A stretch of 64,000 bases of DNA from a virus, in IMG/VR virus record IMGVR_UViG_3300045125_000165; one strand, 5' to 3'. The position numbers and the translations under genes are program-made. Numbering within the stretch: position 1 is the stretch's first letter; each line of letters opens with the position of its first letter. Positions 54,254 to 63,833 of the stretch are shown here, in pieces. The notes below the pieces were generated by a model that was not told the origin of the DNA, ran no database searches, and worked only from the letters and a program-made list of their open reading frames with translations.

Positions 54254-56818
54254 TCAGATAATGCTAGGTAGCGCACGTTGCGAGTGATGAGCAATCTGCT
54301 TAGGGACAAATATTTGGTAAACCATATAACCAAAGGCATCGGATAGATGCGATCGCGAGACTATCCGTTTTGTCGATACCTTGATCTTTATCCCAAGACA
54401 ACTGCTCCAAATCTTTAGTAAGTTCAGGCACAACATCCATCGCAAGGAAGCAACGATTATTTTTGAATATCAAATTGACTGCATGAGTCCGATGGCGCAC
54501 AGGGGGTTAGCATCGGGGATATGCTTATGGATTGACATACCCAAAGGCTTCAACTCTTCAAAGATGATTTGCCATGCAGACATCTTCGAGACAGCGCTCT
54601 TGGCCCTGCCTGACGCATCACCGTACAGATGGATATCCATATTGTTAGGCTTACCAGCTTTGATAAAATCACGAATATCGACAATCAACTCCCATAAATC
54701 AGCATCAAGCATGAAAAATTCCTTGAATACATGAAGTTCGTTCGCTCTCTTTTGAGCCAATACTGCAACACATGGGGCGGCGTTGAAGTCGAATGCGATG
54801 TGTAATGGGAGATTAGGATCGTAGGCGATCGCCTCTGCATCAATGCCAACAAGCGTGTGATTATTGCGACTAAAGTATTTGTAAATCTTGCCACTTGCCG
54901 CATCAATAAACGCCCCTTCAAGTTCCTGTTGCGCCATTTCATCGGTATAATTTGCCTTTAGACCCGCAACATAGGACTCATCTAAGTGAGTGTTTTCTAA
55001 ACTTAGGAAGTTCAGCATCCAATAGAAGTTTTTAATCTCTTCTGTTCTCGCGGGATCGCCAAATCGGTAATACAGCCAATTAAAGCCATTGGGTGAAGTC
55101 GTGATAATCCCTTGGCATTTTTGACCGTTTGAGCTTCGCATACGACCATCCACAACTTGAAACGCTGATTCTGGTGCATACGCCGCTTCATCTGCCCATA
55201 TCCTTTGAAATTCTGCACCCCGACCTGTTTGCGATTTTCCCAAATATGCAGACATACTGGAAACATGCCAGAGCATTCGGTTTTCGCCTAGATAGAAATA
55301 TCTGTTTTGCGAATTTGCGATCTTTACCGCAGTTAATTCGACAGAGCCATGCCACGGATCGACGGGAATGTTGTATTCAACACAGGCTTTAAATAATCCG
55401 ACTAATGTTGATTTCCATAATTGTTGAAACGAGTTGGAAACTATTAAGCCTTGACAAACATCTGCATACCAAAAAGATTGTAATATCGTCCAGATTGCGC
55501 CACTGTGGGTTTTGCCGCTATTATGATGCCAAATTCCATTAGCTAAATAATGGTTTCCTTTTGGTACATGAAGGTCATAAAAATCATCGTATCTAACATA
55601 TTCGATCGCCTCAATTACATCCCAATATGAGTTAGAATTAGAGTAATTACCACTGTTTACGGATGACCAAATAGATGAGTTTAGATTTACGTTTTTCGAG
55701 GGAAGAGTGGATTCAGATGATGAGTGATCATTCGAGTATTCGCTCAATAGCAAGGTCTTTAGGAGTTCAACATGGGAGTGTATCTCGCGTACTTGAAAAG
55801 CTTGGTCTTCACGTTGCGAAAGCAAACATTGCAGCGAGAAAAGTAGATTACAAAGCGATCGCTGAACATTACTTGAAAACAAAGAACCTTGGTCAAACAG
55901 GGCAGTTTTTTGGGGTAGATGATAGAACCGTTTCAAAGGCTTGCAAAGAAGTTGGGATAACCCCAAAAGATTTTGTTCTTGAGAGCAAAAATCAATTTGG
56001 TTTGCCAATGAACGAGATAATTCAGCGCTACAAAGATGGAGAAACTTGTATAGAGCTTGGTAAAGCTTTTGGTGTTGACGATGAGGTGATTCGCCGTAGG
56101 TTGGTGAGGAGAGGTGTCGAGATGCGAAGTGTCGGCTGCCGCACCCCTGAGCTAAACTCGCAATGGGCTGGCGGCAAAGGGTATCCTGATGAGCATAAAA
56201 AAGTGAGAAAGATTGTTGAATCCATTCTTGGGAGAAAACTGAAATCGGTCGAGGTAATACATCACCACAATGAGAATCCCCTTGACCACGACTTAGACAA
56301 TCTTTGGATATTCCCTTCCCCTTCGCATCACGCTCGTTATCATGGCAAGCTACGAGCGATCCGCAACCAAGGTGTCGAAGTTGATGCCAGCCAGTGGGCG
56401 AAAGCATTTGATGCTGTTCCGTTACGATCACTGATTTCCCGATCGCAAAGTCACACGATAAAGATTTGCTTGCCCTTTGACATACGCAGGAGTAGCCCAA
56501 GTTTCGCCTATCAATGTCTGTACTTTGATAGGCGATCGCGGTAAGGTCTTTTACTGGAATCCCGTTGATTTCAGTCTCACCCGCCAAACATCCAATTCCC
56601 CCAATTGCACTCAACCATCGTGGGGGCGGCATTTCGGGCTTTTCTTCTTGCAGTGGAAACCAAGTAAAGAATTGGGTTTGCCCCCTACCAGTTGGCTTAA
56701 ATCCTTTTTCTGGATCAAATAAGCAATGCTCAAGATTCTCAAGTTTTTGCGCTTGCAAGAGATCTTGCGCGCGATCGCCTCGTATTCGAGTAAAGCCCCC
56801 ATTTGACCATAAACGCAA
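54254..56818 (-). CDS. terminase large subunit, intein-containing (start uncertain; 3' frameshifts)
   Basis: Walker A GGIG|SGKT, Walker B WADEA, ITTSP, EN..L..Y, ELEGAF, DFN, YGDASG, DAFGY. Confidence 0.93.
55520..56590 (-). mobile_element. intein (~357 aa) in TerL Walker A
   Basis: Starts CLAGET, block B VTEQH, block F FYDLHVPKGNHYLANG, ends WHHN before Ser+1. Confidence 0.95.
55717..56544 (+). CDS. HNH endonuclease with HTH repeats, nested antisense inside the TerL intein
   Basis: Several HTH-like segments, NSQWAGG, EHKKV..ILGRKL..EVIHHHNENPLDHDLDNL..H..YH. Confidence 0.88.
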   Translation: MMSDHSSIRSIARSLGVQHGSVSRVLEKLGLHVAKANIAARKVDYKAIAEHYLKTKNLGQTGQFFGVDDRTVSKACKEVGITPKDFVLESKNQFGLPMNEIIQRYKDGETCIELGKAFGVDDEVIRRRLVRRGVEMRSVGCRTPELNSQWAGGKGYPDEHKKVRKIVESILGRKLKSVEVIHHHNENPLDHDLDNLWIFPSPSHHARYHGKLRAIRNQGVEVDASQWAKAFDAVPLRSLISRSQSHTIKICLPFDIRRSSPSFAYQCLYFDRRSR

Positions 56819-56838
56819 AATGCCCTTGTGTGATTACT

Positions 56839-56881
56839 CCCCACTAAAGGCACTCGCGGCGATCGCGACACTTCTATATTA
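56839..56881 (-). promoter_or_regulatory. late-gene leader motif copy E (terminase)
   Basis: TAATAT, TCGCG/CGCGA hairpin, GAGTGCCTTTAGTGGGG. Confidence 0.8.
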
Positions 56882-56884
56882 AAC

Positions 56885-57463
56885 TCATCGGAATAACGAT
56901 CGCGCTTCTTTTTCAAGATGGATTGTATTAAGCTCACTCACCGTTGCATATTTGACGGGATTTCTCCCCGTGATCGCCTGTAGATAAAACTCTGGGTCGT
57001 GAAACAGTACTGGCTTTACAGCGCAGCTTTCGCCATGCACAATCGGGAAAGGAATATCAAGCCATAACTTATCTGCTTGTCTGACGATATCATGGGCAAG
57101 ATGGATTGTTTTATTGGAATTAACATAGCGATCAAAAACAGAGATGTATTTCCAATGCTTTGCTGACAGCTTTATTAATTCCTCTGTGTGCGAATCTTCC
57201 CACTTCTCAGTCCAAATGGTATTAAAGATACACATATCGGCATCGTCGATAACAATGCCATTTAAAGCCCGCCCTCTAAGCCTGTAAGTTTTAAATTCAT
57301 GGAAGCTTAAGTTGATCGGGATATCAATCTGCATGGCTTTGAGTCGGCGAACTTCTTGTTGATGGCAGCAGACAAAAGCATATTGGTTTTCTTGCGCGAT
57401 CGCCAGTAATTCGGTTGTCTTACCTCGACCGCGACCTTTTGCAATTATTTTCATTGGCATCAT
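56885..57463 (-). CDS. P-loop NTPase-like protein
   Basis: GRGRGKT (Walker A) and IVIDD (Walker B). Confidence 0.6.
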   Translation of the reverse strand: MMPMKIIAKGRGRGKTTELLAIAQENQYAFVCCHQQEVRRLKAMQIDIPINLSFHEFKTYRLRGRALNGIVIDDADMCIFNTIWTEKWEDSHTEELIKLSAKHWKYISVFDRYVNSNKTIHLAHDIVRQADKLWLDIPFPIVHGESCAVKPVLFHDPEFYLQAITGRNPVKYATVSELNTIHLEKEARSLFR

Positions 57464-57562
57464 TGATTGTTGCTTGCTTTAATTATTACTGTTTTTTGTC
57501 GCTCTGATTACCAATTCCTGAAACTGGAAAGCTATAATTTCTAAAACATTGAGGCGATCGCC

Positions 57563-57808
57563 ATGCAAACCTGTGAACACTGTGGAGTTGAGAAGCACGG
57601 ATTATTGTTTATGACGGACTGCGATCGCCGCAACGGTACAACAAGCTCACCAGACTTCGTGCGTACCAGAATTTACAGAAATTTGAATCATAAACATTGC
57701 TTAAATGCCAATGGCAATATTCAAAAAGATTTGGATTACAACAATCAGGGGATTACTACTGAGCAATGGCTAGAGACTGCTAAGGCGATCGCGGAAAAGC
57801 GATTTTAA
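57563..57808 (+). CDS. small Cys-rich protein
   Basis: CEHC; after the operator and TATAAT; terminator at 57830-57875. Confidence 0.6.
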   Translation: MQTCEHCGVEKHGLLFMTDCDRRNGTTSSPDFVRTRIYRNLNHKHCLNANGNIQKDLDYNNQGITTEQWLETAKAIAEKRF

Positions 57809-57979
57809 TAAACGGATTTAGGCGATCGCAAATAAAAAAGAAGTTGCTACAATTCGGAGCAACTTCTTTTTTATTTTTTCTTTTAGCTTTCTGTACCGCC
57901 GCTTTTTGTTTTGGGCTTTTGTGTCGATGATTATTACAGTAATCACCTTTAGCCTGTGGAGCTAGTTTTTTACCACAGG

Positions 57980-58396
57980 CTAAACAGACTTTCCCCGCAG
58001 ATCCGCCAGATCTTGTGGATCGTCATCAAAGCAATGCTCTCTCTCTTGTATCTGGAGGAGAGTATTTCGATAATCATTTACGGAGCCGAAGCAAAGTGGC
58101 TCGGCAAATTTTACAGCGTCTTCAAAGCTCCATTCTCCCGCCATTGGCAAAGAGCCATCAGGATAAATAGCAGTCATCGCTTCGCCACCAATACTGACGG
58201 TTTCAGTACGACCGTTTACTCCTGCCAATGACCAACTTACCAAATGCTCTCGCAATGACACCCCGCCGAATCCGCCACTCCACCCAGTAACTAAATACTG
58301 AACTGAGTTGGCAAATGCGGCTTTGTGCGCGATCGATGCTTCTGGCTTGTTTTCTTTAGCCCAAGCCATAGCTTTTAAAAGTATTTCGTCGTTCAT
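57980..58396 (-). CDS. hypothetical phage protein
   Basis: ATG with GGAGG RBS. Confidence 0.65.
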   Translation of the reverse strand: MNDEILLKAMAWAKENKPEASIAHKAAFANSVQYLVTGWSGGFGGVSLREHLVSWSLAGVNGRTETVSIGGEAMTAIYPDGSLPMAGEWSFEDAVKFAEPLCFGSVNDYRNTLLQIQEREHCFDDDPQDLADLRGKSV

Positions 58397-58479
58397 TAGT
58401 ACCTCCAAAACTTACGAACAATATAAGCGGCAAGAATACCGCACCCTGCGCCTAACAGGGATTCAAGAATAATATTCAT
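58396..58479 (-). CDS. 27-aa hydrophobic peptide whose RBS was displaced by the IS
   Basis: MNIILESLLGAGCGILAAYIVRKFWRY; TAATG coupling to the next gene; GAGGTGAA lies beyond the other IS end. Confidence 0.65.
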   Translation of the reverse strand: MNIILESLLGAGCGILAAYIVRKFWRY

Positions 58480-58562
58480 AAAAATAATACGGTAAGTGGG
58501 AAACTCAGCGTCTTCAGACCTGAGAGGGAAACGAGCGAGGCAATTTATTGCCCTTAATCTTT

Positions 58563-58970
58563 TTAGTTAGAAGCGTGGTGAGGATCTTCTATATATTTTC
58601 TCACCGCTTCTGAACTAATATTACCAGCCGTACTAACAAAATAGCTGCTAGTCCAAAGGGAAGGCATTCTGCAAAGCTCTGGAAACTCTTGACGCAAATA
58701 TCGACTAGAACGCCCCTTAAAAGCTTTGACAACCAAATGGGGTGTATCAGTAGGCTTAACGCTTACAAATAGATGCACATGATCGGGCGCTATTTCAAGA
58801 GCCAAAATATCCCATTCTTTTTCTATTGCCAACTCCAAAAATATCTGTCTTAACCTAGTTGCTACATTACCAATTAAAACTCGCTTTCTGCGTTTTGGAA
58901 TAAAGACGAAATGGTAATTAACCAAGAATTTAACATGATTGTGAGTTTTATAATCTTCCTGAATTAGCAT
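58563..58970 (-). CDS. tnpA: Y1 HUH transposase
   Basis: YHFVFIPKRR, DHVHLF, LWTSSYF, KYI. Confidence 0.95.
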   Translation of the reverse strand: MLIQEDYKTHNHVKFLVNYHFVFIPKRRKRVLIGNVATRLRQIFLELAIEKEWDILALEIAPDHVHLFVSVKPTDTPHLVVKAFKGRSSRYLRQEFPELCRMPSLWTSSYFVSTAGNISSEAVRKYIEDPHHASN

Positions 58971-59051
58971 AATATTTCAGTTGATGGCGTTGTAATATCT
59001 ACTATTATAGATTATAATAAAGAAGTTAAAAAAACATTGTGAGTCGAGGCA

Positions 59052-60337
59052 ATGGCGAAACTTAAAAATTTGATGGGAGTACAGCAATGCCTGATAACTC
59101 CTGATAAAGATTTAAAAGCAATTGTGGAATATATTTGCTCAGAGTCTAATAAGTTACATAATTGTGCTGTCTACTACGCTCGACAAATCTGGTTTAAGAC
59201 TAGAAAGTTTGTTACAGGTTTTGACCTTGTTAATGAGCTTGGCTCTAATAGACACTTTTCTGCATTGCCATCTGAGGCAGCAGTACAAACCTGTTTGTCG
59301 GTTGGTGAGTCGGTTAAGTCGTTCTCTGAGTTGCTTAAAAAGTTTTTAAAGGTGAATTAGAGCAAAAGCCAAAATTCCCTAAGTATCGAAAACAAGGCTA
59401 TCAATTAGTTGCGTTCCCCAAAAGAGCGCTGAGATTAGTTGACAACACGATCCGTTTTCCGTTAGGTCTACAGGTTAAAGCATGGTTCGGACTTAAAGAG
59501 TTCTTTCTACCAATGCCATCAAATCTTGATTTTGACTTACTCAAAGAAGTTAGAATCTTGCCTAGAAATGGCGCTTTTTACGCTGAGTTTGTCTATCCAA
59601 AAGCCAGTATTAAAGCTGAGTTAGATCCTGATAAATGCTTAGGTATAGATCACGGTTTAAACAATTGGCTAACCTGTGTTAGCAATGTTGGCACAAGCTT
59701 TATTGTTGACGGGTTGCATCTAAAATCACTTAACCAGTGGTACAACAAACGCACATCAGTTTTGATGGATGGCAAGCCTAACGGGTACTGGACTAAACGA
59801 TTAGCCAATATTACTGAGAAGCGTAATCGTCAAATGCGTGACGCTGTAAATAAGGCAGCTCGTATTGTGGTTAACCATTGCCTAGCTAATGGTATTGGCA
59901 CTATCGTTTTTGGCTGGAATAAAGGGCAAAAAGACTCAGCTAACATGGGAGCAAAAACTAATCAAAAGTTTGTGCAAATTCCCACCGCTAGGCTAAAAGA
60001 AAGGATTAAGCAGCTATGCGAAATTTACGGTATTCAGTTTATAGAAACTGAAGAAAGTTACACATCTAAGGCTAGTTTCTTAGACTCAGATATAATCCCT
60101 GTCTACGGTGAAAAACCCGAATTGTGGAAAGAATCTGGTAAGCGTATAAAACGTGGTCTGTATCGTACTGCTAAAAATATTTTGATTAATGCAGACTGTA
60201 ACGGTGCTGCAAATATTGCTAGAAAAGTAGCGGCAACACTAGGCTTAGATCTAGATGGAGTCAGTAGAGGCGCTTTGACTATGCCTCTGAAGTTCAATCT
60301 TTGGACTATTCAGGAATCTCAGTCGCTTCAGCGCTGA
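59052..60337 (+). CDS. tnpB: RNA-guided nuclease TnpB (frameshifted)
   Basis: LGIDHGLNN (RuvC-I), EESYTS, INADCNGAANI (RuvC-III). Confidence 0.93.
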
Positions 60338-60412
60338 GAGTGTCAATTCACCTCAGTACGGGGAGTTAAGCCACCCGTAGACCATTGCCCCAAAGGGCTA
60401 GGTTTCGATTGG

Positions 60413-61979
60413 CTAGTAAAGCAAATTAGCTTGTTCAAGTGCAGCGATTACACTTTCCTTGATTGAGTAATCCGCCGATTGATTACCAGCCTTGTAAAAC
60501 TGGTTAATCGACTTGCCTTGTACCTCAACGGTGTGGGTAAGTATGCCATGCTCACGCACTGCAAAGATAATTGAACGACCATTCTTAATTGCGTTGCCAT
60601 AGCCGCCAACACAATGACGTTGAGACTCACCCCAATATTTGAGAGTGGCGACTCGCTTGGGTAGCTCAATCTCCCACTCGCCATTAACTGAGCAAAGTCC
60701 ATCGACTCGCTCCCATCCTGTAGCAATAGGTAGAGCCTCATCTGGCAGATGGCGAACGTACTCAGACGCAAGTGTTTCATGTACACTGAACCAGCAACGA
60801 ATCCGCCCTAGGTCGGGCTTTACTGCTAACTGATTCCAGAGGTAGCCAGTATCACGGACGTGATCTGTGCTAATCGGGTGAATCACACCACGATATTTAA
60901 AAGTGAGAGTTCCTAGCAGTCTGATACGTGACTGCATAGGAAGAGATAGCAAGAAGGCGATCGCATCAGGCTGATAGCTAACACACTCATCTAAATTGAG
61001 AATTTTTTGCACAGCATCAGCGTCACCATAGGCAAGCGATTTAGCCCAATTCCAGCGATCGCAATCTGAGCCTTGGAAAGCTTTGATAGTTGCCTTACCA
61101 GCAACTCCGAATAGAGTTTGGCAAGCGATCGCGGGTGAGGCGTATTGGACAATTGCCTCTTGAATCGCTTCGATAGTTACCTCTTTGGGTAACTCGATCA
61201 ATCCATAAGGCAAGCTAAGTGACTCGCCTAAGAAAGATGCCCAACGTTTTGCGCCCCAATTAAGTGAGCGTTCAAGATTTAAACCCCATTCGCATTGCTC
61301 AAGTAAAGAATTAGACTCTAGGGCTTGAAGCACAAGCCAAAATGACTCAACCTGTTCGCCTTGAGAAAGTTGGCGATATTCAGGATCTTCCACCCATGTA
61401 TCGCGATAGTGCCACGCGATCGCCGCCAACATTCTCATGCGTGGCGATAACTTTGCCGATCTTCTCGGCAACGCGCTTAGGAAACTGCGCCCATTTCCAT
61501 GCTTTGACACATGGGATGAGTCGCCAAATATTCCCAATGCGATCGCCGCCGATTTGAGCGCTATCAGGTGCTTTCATTAAACCTTCGCGTACCCATTGAG
61601 GTAGTCGATTGTAGTTAGGGGTTAGCGAGATCGCTTTTACTCGGTCTTGATTGACTTGGCAGGAGCTAGCCCATACACGGCTCTTATCCATGACTTCGCG
61701 GTAGAGGCTATAAAATCTTTGAGCTTCTACCGCCCATTTGATGCCAAGACGGCGTAAATCGCCAACAGAAGCGCCGATCTCGCGCAGTTGTTCGGGTGAT
61801 AGCGCCCCCTTAATGTTTCTGTGGGCGAACCAGTCATGCGTCAACTGGTAAAGATCAGGACTCGCGCCCGATCTAATACGAGACGCGATGTAGATCGCGC
61901 CTCTTGATTTACCTTGGTTTTGAAGCTTGGCTACAAACTCTTCATAAGTTTGGTTGGCTTGGCTTGAAGGCGATCGCAT
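60413..61979 (-). CDS. PcfJ-like domain protein (frameshifted)
   Basis: C-terminal LKYWGESQRHCVGGY..IIF..THTVEV. Confidence 0.75.
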
Positions 61980-62378
61980 CTGCTTCCTCTTGGGACAATT
62001 CCCAATAGTTGAGATCTAGCAGACCGTCTAAATAATTGCGAATCTCAAAATCTGCTTCGCGATTAGCGATCGCGGATTGTTGAGCGTTGCGGGGAGGTGA
62101 CGAGTGCGAGTAGCCATTGCTTTAACCGCGATTGATTTACTAGAATATAGACTAGCAAATCAATCAAGCGGTTGTCAAGCGGTTTAAGAAATATTAAGAA
62201 TAGCCACACAAAAAAAGTACCTAATGTTAGGCGCTTTTTTTGTGTGGCTATTTGGTTTTAAATGGTCTGCCCTTCGGGCGATCGCCACACCTAAAAACAG
62301 GTTTGCATTAAAGCACTTTGCGGGGATTGATATTCAGTGCAAATAGTGTACTATTGACTAAAATAATTAGTGAATAAT

Positions 62379-62697
62379 ATGTACGCAAAATCAGCCGTTT
62401 TGACCCGTAACATGATATTAAACGATACATCGTTTAAAACCTTCTGTATGTCGCCCTCACAGTTTTGCGAAAAATGGATACCCATTCTATATAATATTTC
62501 TCCCGAGCAAAAGAGGTTATAAAGCTGCTTGTATAAGAGAGTTGCAAGCGGTAACGGGGCTTACTGAACGCACGGTTAAGAGTTGGGGCGCTGATATGTC
62601 TGATTATCCTGATTCTGTAGGAAATACACTTAAGTTTGCAAATATGGCTTATGGGGTTAAGTACGCGATCGGGATAAGACCTAATCAAGAAATTTAA
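62379..62697 (+). CDS. small HTH-like hypothetical protein (frameshifted; not in the ORF track)
   Basis: ..SPSQFCEKW..|RGYKAACIRELQAVTGLTERTVKSWG. Confidence 0.45.
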
Positions 62698-62792
62698 TAG
62701 TACATAAAATGCACTAAAACTATTGCGCTCTTAGGGGCGTTTATTTTATGCTCATTTTTAATTAATGCGGCATTAATAAAACTATTAATGCG

Positions 62793-63447
62793 GTGATTAT
62801 GCTTACACAAACACAAATCGCTGTAGCCGTTGGACTTGAACTAAGGCAAACCCAGAATTACCTAGCAGTTGCTGTCAACGAAGTTAGACGAAAGAAATTG
62901 TTAGCCTCTGATGAGGTCTTAGTTCAGACCATAGGCAGAAAGGATTTTTATCATCCAATCGTAATTGAAGAAATAAAACAGGCTATTGATTATGTCCAAA
63001 GAACCCGTTACGAACGCAGCCTCCGCACCAGAAGGGAGTCAGAGCGCTTACGACAATCTGGGCAAAGCTCCCAAAAGTCAGCGCACTGTTAGAACAAAAG
63101 CTGAAAAGATTCCCCCAACAGAAAAGCAAGAGAACTCTCTAACCCTTGCTGTGCAACTAGCTCAAGAAAAGACCCGTAATGCTAAAGCCGCTATTGTTCG
63201 CGATGCGTCAACAGCTATCGCGGGTGAAATCTTGCAAGACATTCAAAACGCAACTGCGATGGAATTGGTTGTGGGGCTGTCGAACACTTTAACTGGTGAA
63301 CGTGGCGCAGGGACAGTGTTACGCGGTTTTTTGTCTACTACCACACTGTCTACCTTCCAGCCCTTAGACGAAGTAGCAAAACTGGAAACAACTCAGCCAA
63401 TCGCGCTGCAAATGTTTCAGGAAATGAAGTTAATCGAAGCCGCCTAA
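62793..63447 (+). CDS. HTH-containing hypothetical protein (frameshifted)
   Basis: TQTQIAVAVGLELRQTQNYL; continues in ORF 62986-63447. Confidence 0.5.
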
Positions 63448-63461
63448 ACCTAGCAAACTCT

Positions 63462-63833
63462 ATGAAACCACGCAAAATACTCAATACTATTGGCTCTATG
63501 GCGATCGCATGGATGGCGGGTTTTACGGTAACTTCAATTGCTTTCAACAGTTTTGAGGGGTTCCGTAATCATCGAGCAATCATTGGATACGGCGGGGCTG
63601 TAGTAGCTGTAGTACTTGTAGGTACAAAAGAGTTGCTTGATCGGCGCGAAATTGACCCGTTGGCTATTAAACAGGCGATCGCCACAGAGCTATCAATTAG
63701 AGGCGCTGACTCAACTTTGTCTCTGGAGGATAAAGAAGCCCTTGAAAAAGCGGCGGCTGTCTTTGAGGGTGATGTGCAACGCCTGCAAGGGCAAGCCAAA
63801 ACCCAGTTATCCACGCTAAACCAACTATTTTGA
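63462..63833 (+). CDS. two-TM membrane protein
   Basis: Two hydrophobic segments in the N-terminal half. Confidence 0.55.
   Translation: MKPRKILNTIGSMAIAWMAGFTVTSIAFNSFEGFRNHRAIIGYGGAVVAVVLVGTKELLDRREIDPLAIKQAIATELSIRGADSTLSLEDKEALEKAAAVFEGDVQRLQGQAKTQLSTLNQLF

Larger units (their letters stand above)
58480..60346 (+). mobile_element. IS200/IS605-family element
   Basis: Divergent tnpA/tnpB; subterminal hairpins CTCAG..CTGAG at both ends; right end GAAT guide and TCAA terminus; inserted 3' of TCAT. Confidence 0.9.

Noticed and set aside
25986-56881. Leader or operator repeats as a CRISPR array
   Set aside because: The copies are dispersed over tens of kb, not regularly spaced, and no cas genes are present.
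58480-58502. Operator half-site (GTAAGTGGGAA) at the IS left end
   Set aside because: Only one half matches and it lies in the IS terminal sequence, so it is probably chance.
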